From: Treponema sp.
GTDB taxonomy: Bacteria > Spirochaetota > Spirochaetia > Treponematales > Treponemataceae
Assembly (NCBI GenBank): GCA_024683675.1
Contig: JAIKYB010000074.1
Coordinates: forward strand, 680 to 64,679
Direction: 5' to 3'
Length of the DNA: 64,000 bases
This document shows positions 38,947-47,884 of the stretch, in pieces. The notes below the pieces were generated by a model, which saw only the letters and a program-made list of their open reading frames with translations, was not told the origin of the DNA and made no database searches. Within the stretch, counting starts at the first letter, position 1, and the number at the start of each line of letters is the position of its first letter. Both the position numbers and the translations under genes were made by a program.

Positions 38947-40857
38947 ATGACTGATAGAATTACTGAACTGCAGGAGCTTATAACAAGGTATCAGAAATCC
39001 TATTATGATGGTGAAGGTGAAATCTCTGATGCTGAATTTGATAAGCTCTGGGATGAATTAAAGCTTTTAGATCCTGATAATCCAATTTTACATAAGGTTG
39101 GAGCAGATTCCGGTAATTTTGCCAAAATCAGGCATATAATGCCAATGGGCAGTCAGGAAAAGGCTGCTAATCCTGAGCAGTTTCTTGCCTGGGCTGCAAA
39201 GCATAATTATGAAGAATATCTGGTTGAATATAAACTTGATGGAGCTTCTCTAGAGCTTCAATATGAAGGCGGATATTTAAAAAGGGCGGTAACTCGTGGT
39301 GATGGAACTATTGGTGATGATATTACCGCCAATGCCCGTAAAATGCAGGGAGTCGCTCCTGCAATATTTAAACAGGGAGAATTAATTCCTTTTACCGGCG
39401 GTATTCGCGGTGAAGTCATTATGACTCATCAGGTTCATAAAAGCTATTTTCCAGATAAGGCTAACTGCCGTAATGCTGCAAACGGCCTTATGAAAAGAAA
39501 GGACGGGCAGGGCAGCGAATACCTTACTCTTATTGTTTATGATGCACTTTCTACAGATGGGAAATCCTTTTTTACTAATGAAGAAGAAAAGATAAAATGG
39601 CTGATGGATTGCGGCTTTAAGGTTGTAAAGCTTGTAATCTGTAAGTCTCCTGACCGGGTAATTGCCTATAGAGCTAAGGTCATGGAAGAGCGTAAAAATC
39701 TTGAATATGATATAGACGGCCTTGTAATAAAAGAAAGAACAATCAATCTGGAAGATGCCAGTAGAGCAAGACCAGACCATCAGATTGCTTTTAAATTCAG
39801 TCTGGAAGAAGCAGTTTCAACACTCCGTAAAGTAGAATGGAGTATAAATGGAGCAACCTACACACCTGTAGCAATTTTTGACGAAGTTGAATTAAATGGT
39901 ACCAAGGTTCAGCGGGCAAGTCTTGCTAATCCGGATACTATGAGAAAGTTAGGGGTAAGAATTGGAAGCCATGTTGTGGTTGTAAAACGTGGTGAAATCA
40001 TACCAAAAATAGAAAGCGTAGTAGAAGAAAAAGATTTACAGACAAGTCAGATAGAATATCCCTGCAAATGTGAAGCTTGTGGAAGTCAGCTGGTAGATGA
40101 AGGCAGCCGACTTTACTGTCCAAATAAAAATTGTTCAAAAAGAATCCTTCATCAGCTTTTAAAATATCAGCAGATTGTAGATATTCGTGATTTGGGAGAA
40201 ACCCTTATTACTTCTCTTTTTAATGATAAGAGACTACAGTCAATTTCTGATATATATTCGCTTCAAATTGAAGATTTAGTGCCTTATTTTTTGAATGAAG
40301 AGAGCATGGAAGCTGATAAAAAGTCTTTGGGAGCAGAAAAAGTCTACAATTCTATACAGTCTCACAGACGTATGAAGCTGGCAACCTTTCTTGCAGCCTT
40401 TGATATTGAAGGAATTGGAGAAGCTTCGGCTCAAAAGCTTGTTGATGCCGGCTATAACAATCTGGATAAATTATTGGAAGCTCATGCGGATCAGATAAGT
40501 TCTGTTTATGGTTTTGCTGATATTATGGCAAAAATTGTAGTTGAAGGACTTAGCGAAAATGCAGAAGAAATGAAAAATCTGATAGAAAGTGGAGTTATTA
40601 TTCTTGAAAGTGAGGGCGGTGGCCTTTTAGCCGGAAAATCCTTCTGTTTTACAGGAGAACTTCATTCTATGAAGCGTGCTGATGCTGAACAGCTGGTAAA
40701 ACAAAATGGTGGCTCTATAAAGTCTTCTGTTACAAAGGATTTGTCTTATCTGGTTACAAATGATAAGGAAAGTGGTTCTTCAAAAAATGTAAAGGCTGCA
40801 AAGCTTGCTATTCCGGTTATAAATGAAGAAGAATTTCTTGCCCTTTTGGAGAGCTGA
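38947..40857 (+). CDS. ligA: NAD-dependent DNA ligase
   Basis: EYKLDG, TRGDG, RGEV, RNAA, DGLVIK, Zn finger, BRCT domain. Confidence 0.97.
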   Translation: MTDRITELQELITRYQKSYYDGEGEISDAEFDKLWDELKLLDPDNPILHKVGADSGNFAKIRHIMPMGSQEKAANPEQFLAWAAKHNYEEYLVEYKLDGASLELQYEGGYLKRAVTRGDGTIGDDITANARKMQGVAPAIFKQGELIPFTGGIRGEVIMTHQVHKSYFPDKANCRNAANGLMKRKDGQGSEYLTLIVYDALSTDGKSFFTNEEEKIKWLMDCGFKVVKLVICKSPDRVIAYRAKVMEERKNLEYDIDGLVIKERTINLEDASRARPDHQIAFKFSLEEAVSTLRKVEWSINGATYTPVAIFDEVELNGTKVQRASLANPDTMRKLGVRIGSHVVVVKRGEIIPKIESVVEEKDLQTSQIEYPCKCEACGSQLVDEGSRLYCPNKNCSKRILHQLLKYQQIVDIRDLGETLITSLFNDKRLQSISDIYSLQIEDLVPYFLNEESMEADKKSLGAEKVYNSIQSHRRMKLATFLAAFDIEGIGEASAQKLVDAGYNNLDKLLEAHADQISSVYGFADIMAKIVVEGLSENAEEMKNLIESGVIILESEGGGLLAGKSFCFTGELHSMKRADAEQLVKQNGGSIKSSVTKDLSYLVTNDKESGSSKNVKAAKLAIPVINEEEFLALLES

Positions 40858-41486
40858 TGAAAAAAGAAGGAAATCTATTTAGTCAATTTATAATTCCTTT
40901 TATTGTACTACTTTTTATTTCATGTATTCTTTTTAATTGTTTTATCTGCTTAAAAACTTACACCTCTGCAGCAAGGTTAAACTGCCTTCAGTCTAGTCAC
41001 GAAATAATGCGCATAAAAATATATGGTTCTTCATATTCTTCCTCTGCCGAAGGAAATACAGTGAGTGCCAGCATTTCCATTATAGATTCAAATGGTAATG
41101 AGATTTCTGCAATTGAACGCTCCTGGTCCGGCTCTTATCTGGGGGCTAGTTTTGCAAAAATTTCTTTGTATGGCAAAAACTTTATTTTTCCTATGAATAT
41201 TTATGGAAAAAAGAGGATTGCAGATAATTCAATTTCTTCGTCCAGAGGAACAAAGCTTGAAAAATACTATAATGATGACCGACAATGCATGCTTTTAGGT
41301 CATGGCTCTTCTTATCAGGAAAGAAAAAGCCTTTATTGGATTTCTGTTTTTGCTACAAAAAAATACCCTATAGCCCAATTTTCAATGGTAGATTATATTA
41401 ACCTTGATTTATCGGGCTGCAAAAGCGAAGTCTACTATTCAGTAATCTGCGACGAAAATGGAAATATTTCGGTACTTGAACTATAA
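40857..41486 (+). CDS. Membrane-anchored hypothetical protein
   Basis: N-terminal TM segment; start overlaps the ligA stop. Confidence 0.7.
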   Translation: MKKEGNLFSQFIIPFIVLLFISCILFNCFICLKTYTSAARLNCLQSSHEIMRIKIYGSSYSSSAEGNTVSASISIIDSNGNEISAIERSWSGSYLGASFAKISLYGKNFIFPMNIYGKKRIADNSISSSRGTKLEKYYNDDRQCMLLGHGSSYQERKSLYWISVFATKKYPIAQFSMVDYINLDLSGCKSEVYYSVICDENGNISVLEL

Positions 41487-41513
41487 CTAGAGAAAATTGA
41501 GTAAGCGGCAAAA

Positions 41514-42485
41514 TTACTCGTTTTCAAAGGTAAAGTTGGTCAGGAAGAATTCAGGGCAGACGGCACTTCCATTCAAACGGATTTCCCAATGCAGGTGAGG
41601 GCCTGTCGCAAGTCCTGTTGAACCGCTTTTTCCAATAAGTTCTCCCTGTTTAACCATGTCGCCTTCTTTTACCTTCATTTCACTTAGATGATAATAAAGA
41701 CTATAAAGACCAGGTAAATGTTCTATAACAATAGACCAGCCTGTAGTGATTCTGTTTTCTGCCATAACAACACGGCCTTCTGCACAGGAACGAACTTCTG
41801 TTCCTTCAGGAACGCCGTAGTCGTTACCATAGTGCAGGCTGGTACTTGTTTTACCTGAAGCATACTGGTAAATTCTGCGGTCCCCGCACCAGGCTGTGTA
41901 ACGCTGAGATTCGGTTGGAGTGGTAAAACGCTTAAGACTGTATATGTCAGAAGGCATAGTTGTAAAAAGAATATTATTTAATTTTTCAATTTGTGCCATG
42001 CGTTCAGGACTATTATCAGCTCTTATTTGAGAATTCTTTTCATCTAAAACAAGGGTTTCTTTATTGAAGTTTCTCATTTTAAAATAGGAAGGAAGAATGA
42101 ATTCTTTTACTTCATCATCCGGGCTTGTAAAAATAATTTTCAGAGAATAATTACCTTCTGTAAGCCAGAGAGAAACCGGAATACCACAGAGCATTTCATT
42201 TGAAGTTCCCTTTTTAGACTTAGAAAGACTATAGAAGGGGGCTGCTTCTATTACTTTTTTATCCTGAAGCAGCTGAAGCGTTGCTTTTCTTTCAAGTTCG
42301 CTTTTTGCTTTTTTATGATTTTTAGGGGCAGTAATCAGCATACGGGCGAATACTGCATCACCCGGGGTAATTACATCATTATAGGTAACATTTATATTAT
42401 AGTTTTCAGACTGATATTTTGAAGTTGCTGCAAAGGCAAGCAAGGTATTTGCTAAAATTAAAACAGATATAATTAGTTTTTTCAT
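41514..42485 (-). CDS. M23 family metallopeptidase
   Basis: Signal peptide, HYGND, YYHLS, G.SG.TG.ATGPHLHWE. Confidence 0.92.
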   Translation of the reverse strand: MKKLIISVLILANTLLAFAATSKYQSENYNINVTYNDVITPGDAVFARMLITAPKNHKKAKSELERKATLQLLQDKKVIEAAPFYSLSKSKKGTSNEMLCGIPVSLWLTEGNYSLKIIFTSPDDEVKEFILPSYFKMRNFNKETLVLDEKNSQIRADNSPERMAQIEKLNNILFTTMPSDIYSLKRFTTPTESQRYTAWCGDRRIYQYASGKTSTSLHYGNDYGVPEGTEVRSCAEGRVVMAENRITTGWSIVIEHLPGLYSLYYHLSEMKVKEGDMVKQGELIGKSGSTGLATGPHLHWEIRLNGSAVCPEFFLTNFTFENE

Positions 42486-42496
42486 AAATAACCTCT

Positions 42497-44635
42497 TTAT
42501 TTGGGCTCAAATGGAATGCAATCTTTGATGATTATTTGATTAGTAATCATACCATTAAAATAATTTTTCCCCATTGCATAAAGTATATCATATTTTTGAC
42601 CTATGGAAATATCTTTACGCAATCTTTCTGCCTGTGACCAGTACATTGCAGGGATTTTATATTTTCCGGCATCAAAGGTAAGCTTCAGGTGCTGGGGTTC
42701 CTTTTTTCCGACTACCTGAGCATCACAGATGCTAAAGGCTGAGGTCATAAAAACAAGCTCCGGATTTGAATTACCAAAGGGTTCCATTAGATCTATAAGC
42801 TTAAAGGCCTCTGGAGTAAGGTAGTTCGGCGGGATTTCAGCATCTACTTCTACATTAAGCTGTTCTTCTTCCAGAACAAGTTCCATTGCAAGCTTGTGAG
42901 CAAGGGCAATAAATTCTTCTGATTTATTTTTTTCAAAGCTAAAACCTGCTGCAAAATCGTGACCACCGTAATTTATAAAGAAATTTCCGAAACGGGACAA
43001 AAATTCTGTTGCTATAATACCTCTGCAGCTTCTCATGGAACCTACACAAATATTATCATTATAGGTAACGGCAATTGCTGGAAGGTTATTATCCTGCATA
43101 AGTCTTGCTGCAAGAATTCCTGTAACTCCCTTGTTGATAGACTCATCTAAAACAAGGCAAAGCTTTCCACCATGCTCCTTAATACTGTCAGAAGCCTTGT
43201 CCTGAATTTTAAAAAGGGCATTAGTTACAAGATTTTTTCTGTCTTCATTCAAATTAAAAATATCATCTGCCAGTTTTTCTCTTTCTTTAGGGTCCTTAGA
43301 AATAAGAAGCTGCAGAGATAAATTAGACTTACCCATGCGGCCCGCAGCGTTAAGTGCCGGTATTACAGTCCAGGATAAATCAGTTGAAGTTAATATTTCA
43401 CGGTTTAGTTTAAGCTTTGTAAAAAGTTCTGCAAGTCCTGTACGGGGACCCGTCTTTTTTATAGATGAAACTGCATTTTTTACAAAAATACGGTTTTCAT
43501 TTTGCATAGGCATAATATCAGCCAGGGCTGCAAGGCCAACCAGCTGTAAATCAGCCTCTTCATATTTTTTTAATTCGGGATGTTTGTTAAGGTTGATTTT
43601 TTTGCTATAGCTTACATAAAGATTATAAAGACTCTGGATTATTGAATTTTCTTCAGCATTATACTTTGCCATAAGGGATAGGGACTGTAAGTCTGCTGCA
43701 TTTTTGTTTTTAAGGGCCGGCATAACTCTTGAAGCCTGCTCCCTAAAATCAATAAGATTAAATTCAATTCCGCTTCCAAAAAGCTCTTTTAAGGTTGCCA
43801 GACTTTCTCTGGAATCCCAGACATAAATAAGTTGTCCCTGTAAAAAGTAGGGGAGCTTTAAATCATAAATTGAAGTTTGACCTGGAATTACCTTTTCGTG
43901 AAGCTCTTTTATTTTTACCTGATTTTTAATTTTCAGACAGTCAATGTCATAGTTTTCATCATTTTGTGTAATTTGAAGAATTGAAATTTCTGCATTATAA
44001 AAGTCTGTTTCTGCAAATCTAAGGGCTGAAACAAGTTTGAAGGCAACAGCGGCCCCGGAAATATGCTGAAAAGGATAACCTGAATCTTCTATTTTTGGAT
44101 CTAGAATTATAATTGCCTCAGGCAGAACCTCCGGCGGATTATGATGATCTGTTACTATTACTTCAATTCCAAGATCATTTGCATGACTTATTTCATTGAT
44201 ATTTGAAATTCCACAGTCTACAGTAATAATAAGGCTTCCATCCTGAGCCGCAAAATCATCAACGGCCTGAATAGAAAGTCCATAGGCATCGTCTGCAAGG
44301 GGCAACCTCCACTGAACGTCAATTCCCATTCTAACTAACTGCTCATAAAGGATAGCTGTAGAAGTAATTCCGTCAACATCGCTGTCTCCAAAAATCAGAA
44401 CCTTTTCGCCTTCTTCCTTAGCCTGAATAATTCTTTCTACGGCATCTTCCATTTCAAAAAAAGAAAAGGCCGGATGCTGAAATCTTATATCGCTTTCCAG
44501 GTAATATAGAATGTCACTTCCCTGAGTAATTCCTCTTCTTACAAGTACAGAGGCTTCTAATTGTGTTAAGTTATATTTTTTGCAAAGTGGTTCAATTTCC
44601 TTTAGAGTGACGCTTTTTTTATGCCAATTATTCAA
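42497..44635 (-). CDS. recJ: ssDNA exonuclease RecJ with an internal insertion
   Basis: GDSDVDG, TVDCG, TDHH, ADIMP, LNAAGRM, GSMRS, GGHDFAAG, PFG..NP. Confidence 0.93.
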   Translation of the reverse strand: MNNWHKKSVTLKEIEPLCKKYNLTQLEASVLVRRGITQGSDILYYLESDIRFQHPAFSFFEMEDAVERIIQAKEEGEKVLIFGDSDVDGITSTAILYEQLVRMGIDVQWRLPLADDAYGLSIQAVDDFAAQDGSLIITVDCGISNINEISHANDLGIEVIVTDHHNPPEVLPEAIIILDPKIEDSGYPFQHISGAAVAFKLVSALRFAETDFYNAEISILQITQNDENYDIDCLKIKNQVKIKELHEKVIPGQTSIYDLKLPYFLQGQLIYVWDSRESLATLKELFGSGIEFNLIDFREQASRVMPALKNKNAADLQSLSLMAKYNAEENSIIQSLYNLYVSYSKKINLNKHPELKKYEEADLQLVGLAALADIMPMQNENRIFVKNAVSSIKKTGPRTGLAELFTKLKLNREILTSTDLSWTVIPALNAAGRMGKSNLSLQLLISKDPKEREKLADDIFNLNEDRKNLVTNALFKIQDKASDSIKEHGGKLCLVLDESINKGVTGILAARLMQDNNLPAIAVTYNDNICVGSMRSCRGIIATEFLSRFGNFFINYGGHDFAAGFSFEKNKSEEFIALAHKLAMELVLEEEQLNVEVDAEIPPNYLTPEAFKLIDLMEPFGNSNPELVFMTSAFSICDAQVVGKKEPQHLKLTFDAGKYKIPAMYWSQAERLRKDISIGQKYDILYAMGKNYFNGMITNQIIIKDCIPFEPK

Positions 44636-44671
44636 TTTTATATCCTTTGGAAGCTCTATATTGGAAGGAAT

Positions 44672-45430
44672 TTATAATATTCCCATTCCGCTTTCTATAG
44701 AGTTTATTTTCTGTTCGATATTGTTTTCAATCAGAAAGAAAATTATTTGCTTTATCTGTTCAAATTCTTCTTTAGTGATTTGCAGTTTTCGTGCATCTGC
44801 TGGAGATAGAACTGATAAAGCTGCAAGATATTGTAATGCAGAATTGTTTAAGGAAAAAGTACCTTGACCACATTCTGAACAGATAAAATTGTTTTCATTA
44901 ACATTATAATATGATTTGCCTTCATTCGCAAATTTTGAGTCTAAAAAAGATTTGCCGCACATTCCGCAGCAGGCCGCTGGCGGCTGGACTCCCATAACTT
45001 CCAGAAATCTCCATAAAAATCTTATAAGTCCAAGACGGCTTTGTTCTTCGTTACAAAGCTCCATTCCGTCAAAGAAGCCCCCGATTAAATGAAAGCAGTG
45101 AGAAGGGGAACCGGCTGCCCTTGTTTTTATGGCTAATTCAGCAGCTAGAGAAGCGGCATAAAACTTAAAAAGATTTTGACTGAAGCTGATGTGATATTTT
45201 TTTACTTCGAAATCAGTAATTTTAATTTGATTTTTTTCAGGATTTGTATAAAGCCAGACTTTTCCCCGGTTCCATTGACTGACCAGAGAGCGAAGTCTGC
45301 TTTTTGGGCCTCCGTACAAGGTTGCGTAAACAAGTCCATCCTCCGGTGTAAGCAAGGTAATACTTGTGTTATTTTCACCGGAAGAACGGAGCGAAAGAAC
45401 TATTGCATCGGAGGACTTTGAACGGTTCAT
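44672..45430 (-). CDS. recO: DNA repair protein RecO
   Basis: OB-fold N-terminus (GE....LLT.EDG), CxxC...CxxC Zn finger. Confidence 0.88.
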   Translation of the reverse strand: MNRSKSSDAIVLSLRSSGENNTSITLLTPEDGLVYATLYGGPKSRLRSLVSQWNRGKVWLYTNPEKNQIKITDFEVKKYHISFSQNLFKFYAASLAAELAIKTRAAGSPSHCFHLIGGFFDGMELCNEEQSRLGLIRFLWRFLEVMGVQPPAACCGMCGKSFLDSKFANEGKSYYNVNENNFICSECGQGTFSLNNSALQYLAALSVLSPADARKLQITKEEFEQIKQIIFFLIENNIEQKINSIESGMGIL

Positions 45431-45436
45431 ATCCCC

Positions 45437-46153
45437 TTATTTGGACTGACCGTAATAAGCATTTGGTCCATGCTTTCGCATATAATGCTTATTAACAATA
45501 TAGTCAGGAAGAGGATTTGCCTGAGGATTTATTGCAAGAGTATTCAAAGCCATTTTGCAGATTTCTTCCAAAACAGTTCCATTGTAAACTGCCTTGTCTG
45601 CACTTTTTCCCCAGGCAAAAGGTCCGTGTCCACCGCACAAAACCATATTTACTTCTGAAGGATTAAGTCCAAGTTCAGCAAAATGCTTTACAATAAGAAG
45701 TCCGGTTTCTTTTTCGTAATCACTTTCTACAGCTTCCTTTGAAAGGTAAGGAGTGCAGGGAATTGATTTTTGAATATGATCTGCATGGGTTGTTCCAAAA
45801 AGAGGAACAGACTTTACAGCCTGAGCCCAGCTTACAGCATAAGTTGAATGAGTGTGAATAATTCCTCCAACTTCTGCCTTCTGATTCATTGCGAATTCCT
45901 TGTAAAGAACTGCATGAGTTGGAGTATCTGAAGAAGGATTTAAGCTTCCATCTACTTTTTTTCCATCCAAATCAATAATTACCATTGATTCAGGAGTAAG
46001 CTCTGGATAAGGAACTCCAGATGGTTTTATAGCGAAAACTCCCTTGTCCTTATCAAAGGCTGAAACATTTCCCCAGGTATAAAGGGCAAGATGATTTTCC
46101 GGTATTTTCATATTGGCTTCGTAAGCCTGATTTCTTAAACTTTCGTATGTCAT
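45437..46153 (-). CDS. araD: L-ribulose-5-phosphate 4-epimerase
   Basis: TWGNVS, IKPSGV, PSSDTPTH, HTHS, HGPF, HY.RKHG.NAYYGQ. Confidence 0.95.
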   Translation of the reverse strand: MTYESLRNQAYEANMKIPENHLALYTWGNVSAFDKDKGVFAIKPSGVPYPELTPESMVIIDLDGKKVDGSLNPSSDTPTHAVLYKEFAMNQKAEVGGIIHTHSTYAVSWAQAVKSVPLFGTTHADHIQKSIPCTPYLSKEAVESDYEKETGLLIVKHFAELGLNPSEVNMVLCGGHGPFAWGKSADKAVYNGTVLEEICKMALNTLAINPQANPLPDYIVNKHYMRKHGPNAYYGQSK

Positions 46154-46178
46154 TTTTTTTTCCTCTAATTCTTAAGTA

Positions 46179-47777
46179 TTATAGATTTTCTACAGCAGCC
46201 TTTTCAACTGCAAGACCCTTCATATAGCTTTCAAACCAGATATTAAAGGATTCTACCAGTTCAGCTGCAGGTTCTTCTGTAGTCTTCTTGCAGCTTGCAA
46301 AGACCTTTGTATTTAAGAAGTTTGCAAGAGGCTCTTTCTTTTCTTCTGAAGAGTAGGCTGCAAGTAAGGCCATTCCCCAAGGACCACCTTCACCGGCGGT
46401 TTCCATAGCAGATACCTTTGTTTTAATTCCTGCGGCCATATATTTAAGTCCAGCCTGAGTCTTAAAATAACCACCGGCACCAGTCATGCTCTTTACAGGA
46501 ACCTTTTCTTCATCATAAAGAATGTTCATACCTGCTCTAAGAGCACCCAATGAAGCGAACATTTGAACGCGCATAAAGTTTGCAATTGTGAAGTTGGCAT
46601 TTTCAGCGCGTACAAAAAGTGGGCGGCCAGAGGTAAAGCCTGTAATAGTTTCTCCTGAAAGATAATTGTAGGCCAAAAGTCCGCCGCAGTCCTTATCAGC
46701 TTCAAGGCTCTTCATAATAAGCTTGTCATAGTATTCTCCAATGCTTACCTTTCCGCCAAGCCCAAGACTTTCAACAACCTCTTTGAAAAGATTAATCCAG
46801 TAGTTGTGTTCGCCTGTACAGTTATTTGCATGAACCATGGCAACAGGAAGTCCGTCCGGAGTTGTTACAATATCAATAATTCCTGGATAACACTTCTGTA
46901 AATCCTTTTTAAGAACAACCATACTGAAAATAGAAGTTCCAGCAGAAATATTTCCTGTTTCAGCTTCTACAGAGTTTGTTGCAGCCATACCGGTTCCGGC
47001 ATCTCCTTCCGGAGGACAGAATGGAATACCTTCAGCAAGGTCTCCTGTAGGGTCCAGGAAGGCAGCTCCTTCTTTTGTAAGGCAGCCAGCCTGGTCTCCG
47101 GCAAGCAGAACCTTAGGGAAAACTTCTTCTGCCTTAATTCCAAGAGCCTTTACGGCAGGAATTGCATCAAACTTTTCGCAGAAGGCTTTTTTGTAGTTTG
47201 CAGTAGATCCATTTAATTCAACAGGGAACATACCTGAAGCATCTCCAACTCCAATTACCTTCTGTCCTGTAAGTTTCCAGTGAATATAAGCTGCCAGAGT
47301 ATATACCTTGGAAATCTTAGAAATATGTTCTTCTTTGTTCAAAATTGCCTGATAAAGATGGCTTGCAGACCAGCGTTCTGGAACAGGGAAGCCGAACATA
47401 TCAGAAAGTTCTTTTGAAGCCTGGGCTGTAATTGTATTTCTCCAGGTTCTGAAAGGAACCAGAAGATTATCATCCTTATCAAAGGCAAGATAACCGTGCA
47501 TCATGGCACTGATACCGGCAGCCTTAAAGCTTTTTAAGGTAAGACCGTATTTTTCCTTTACGTCCTTTTTTAAGTCTGCATAGCAGGTCTGTAAGCCTTC
47601 GTGAATCTGAGAAATAGGGTAGGTCCAGATTCCATTATCCAGGCTGTTTTCCCAGGTGTAAGAACCACCTGCTATTGGTTCATATTTATCATTTATAAGA
47701 ACTGCCTTGATTCTTGTAGAACCGAATTCAATTCCCAATACAGCTTTTCCGCTTTCAATTAAATCTTTATTTTCCAT
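46179..47777 (-). CDS. araB: FGGY-family pentulose kinase, probable L-ribulokinase
   Basis: GIEFGSTRIKA, ISAMMHGY, PPEGDAGTGM, NISAGTS, MVH.NNC; next to araD. Confidence 0.8.
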   Translation of the reverse strand: MENKDLIESGKAVLGIEFGSTRIKAVLINDKYEPIAGGSYTWENSLDNGIWTYPISQIHEGLQTCYADLKKDVKEKYGLTLKSFKAAGISAMMHGYLAFDKDDNLLVPFRTWRNTITAQASKELSDMFGFPVPERWSASHLYQAILNKEEHISKISKVYTLAAYIHWKLTGQKVIGVGDASGMFPVELNGSTANYKKAFCEKFDAIPAVKALGIKAEEVFPKVLLAGDQAGCLTKEGAAFLDPTGDLAEGIPFCPPEGDAGTGMAATNSVEAETGNISAGTSIFSMVVLKKDLQKCYPGIIDIVTTPDGLPVAMVHANNCTGEHNYWINLFKEVVESLGLGGKVSIGEYYDKLIMKSLEADKDCGGLLAYNYLSGETITGFTSGRPLFVRAENANFTIANFMRVQMFASLGALRAGMNILYDEEKVPVKSMTGAGGYFKTQAGLKYMAAGIKTKVSAMETAGEGGPWGMALLAAYSSEEKKEPLANFLNTKVFASCKKTTEEPAAELVESFNIWFESYMKGLAVEKAAVENL

Positions 47778-47884
47778 AGTTAGTTAATCCTTTTACTATA
47801 TTATAAAACTCTTTGCGTTTTTATGCTACTAAAATATTTGATATTCTCCCATTATTTTTGATATTGTACCTTATTTTCTAAATA

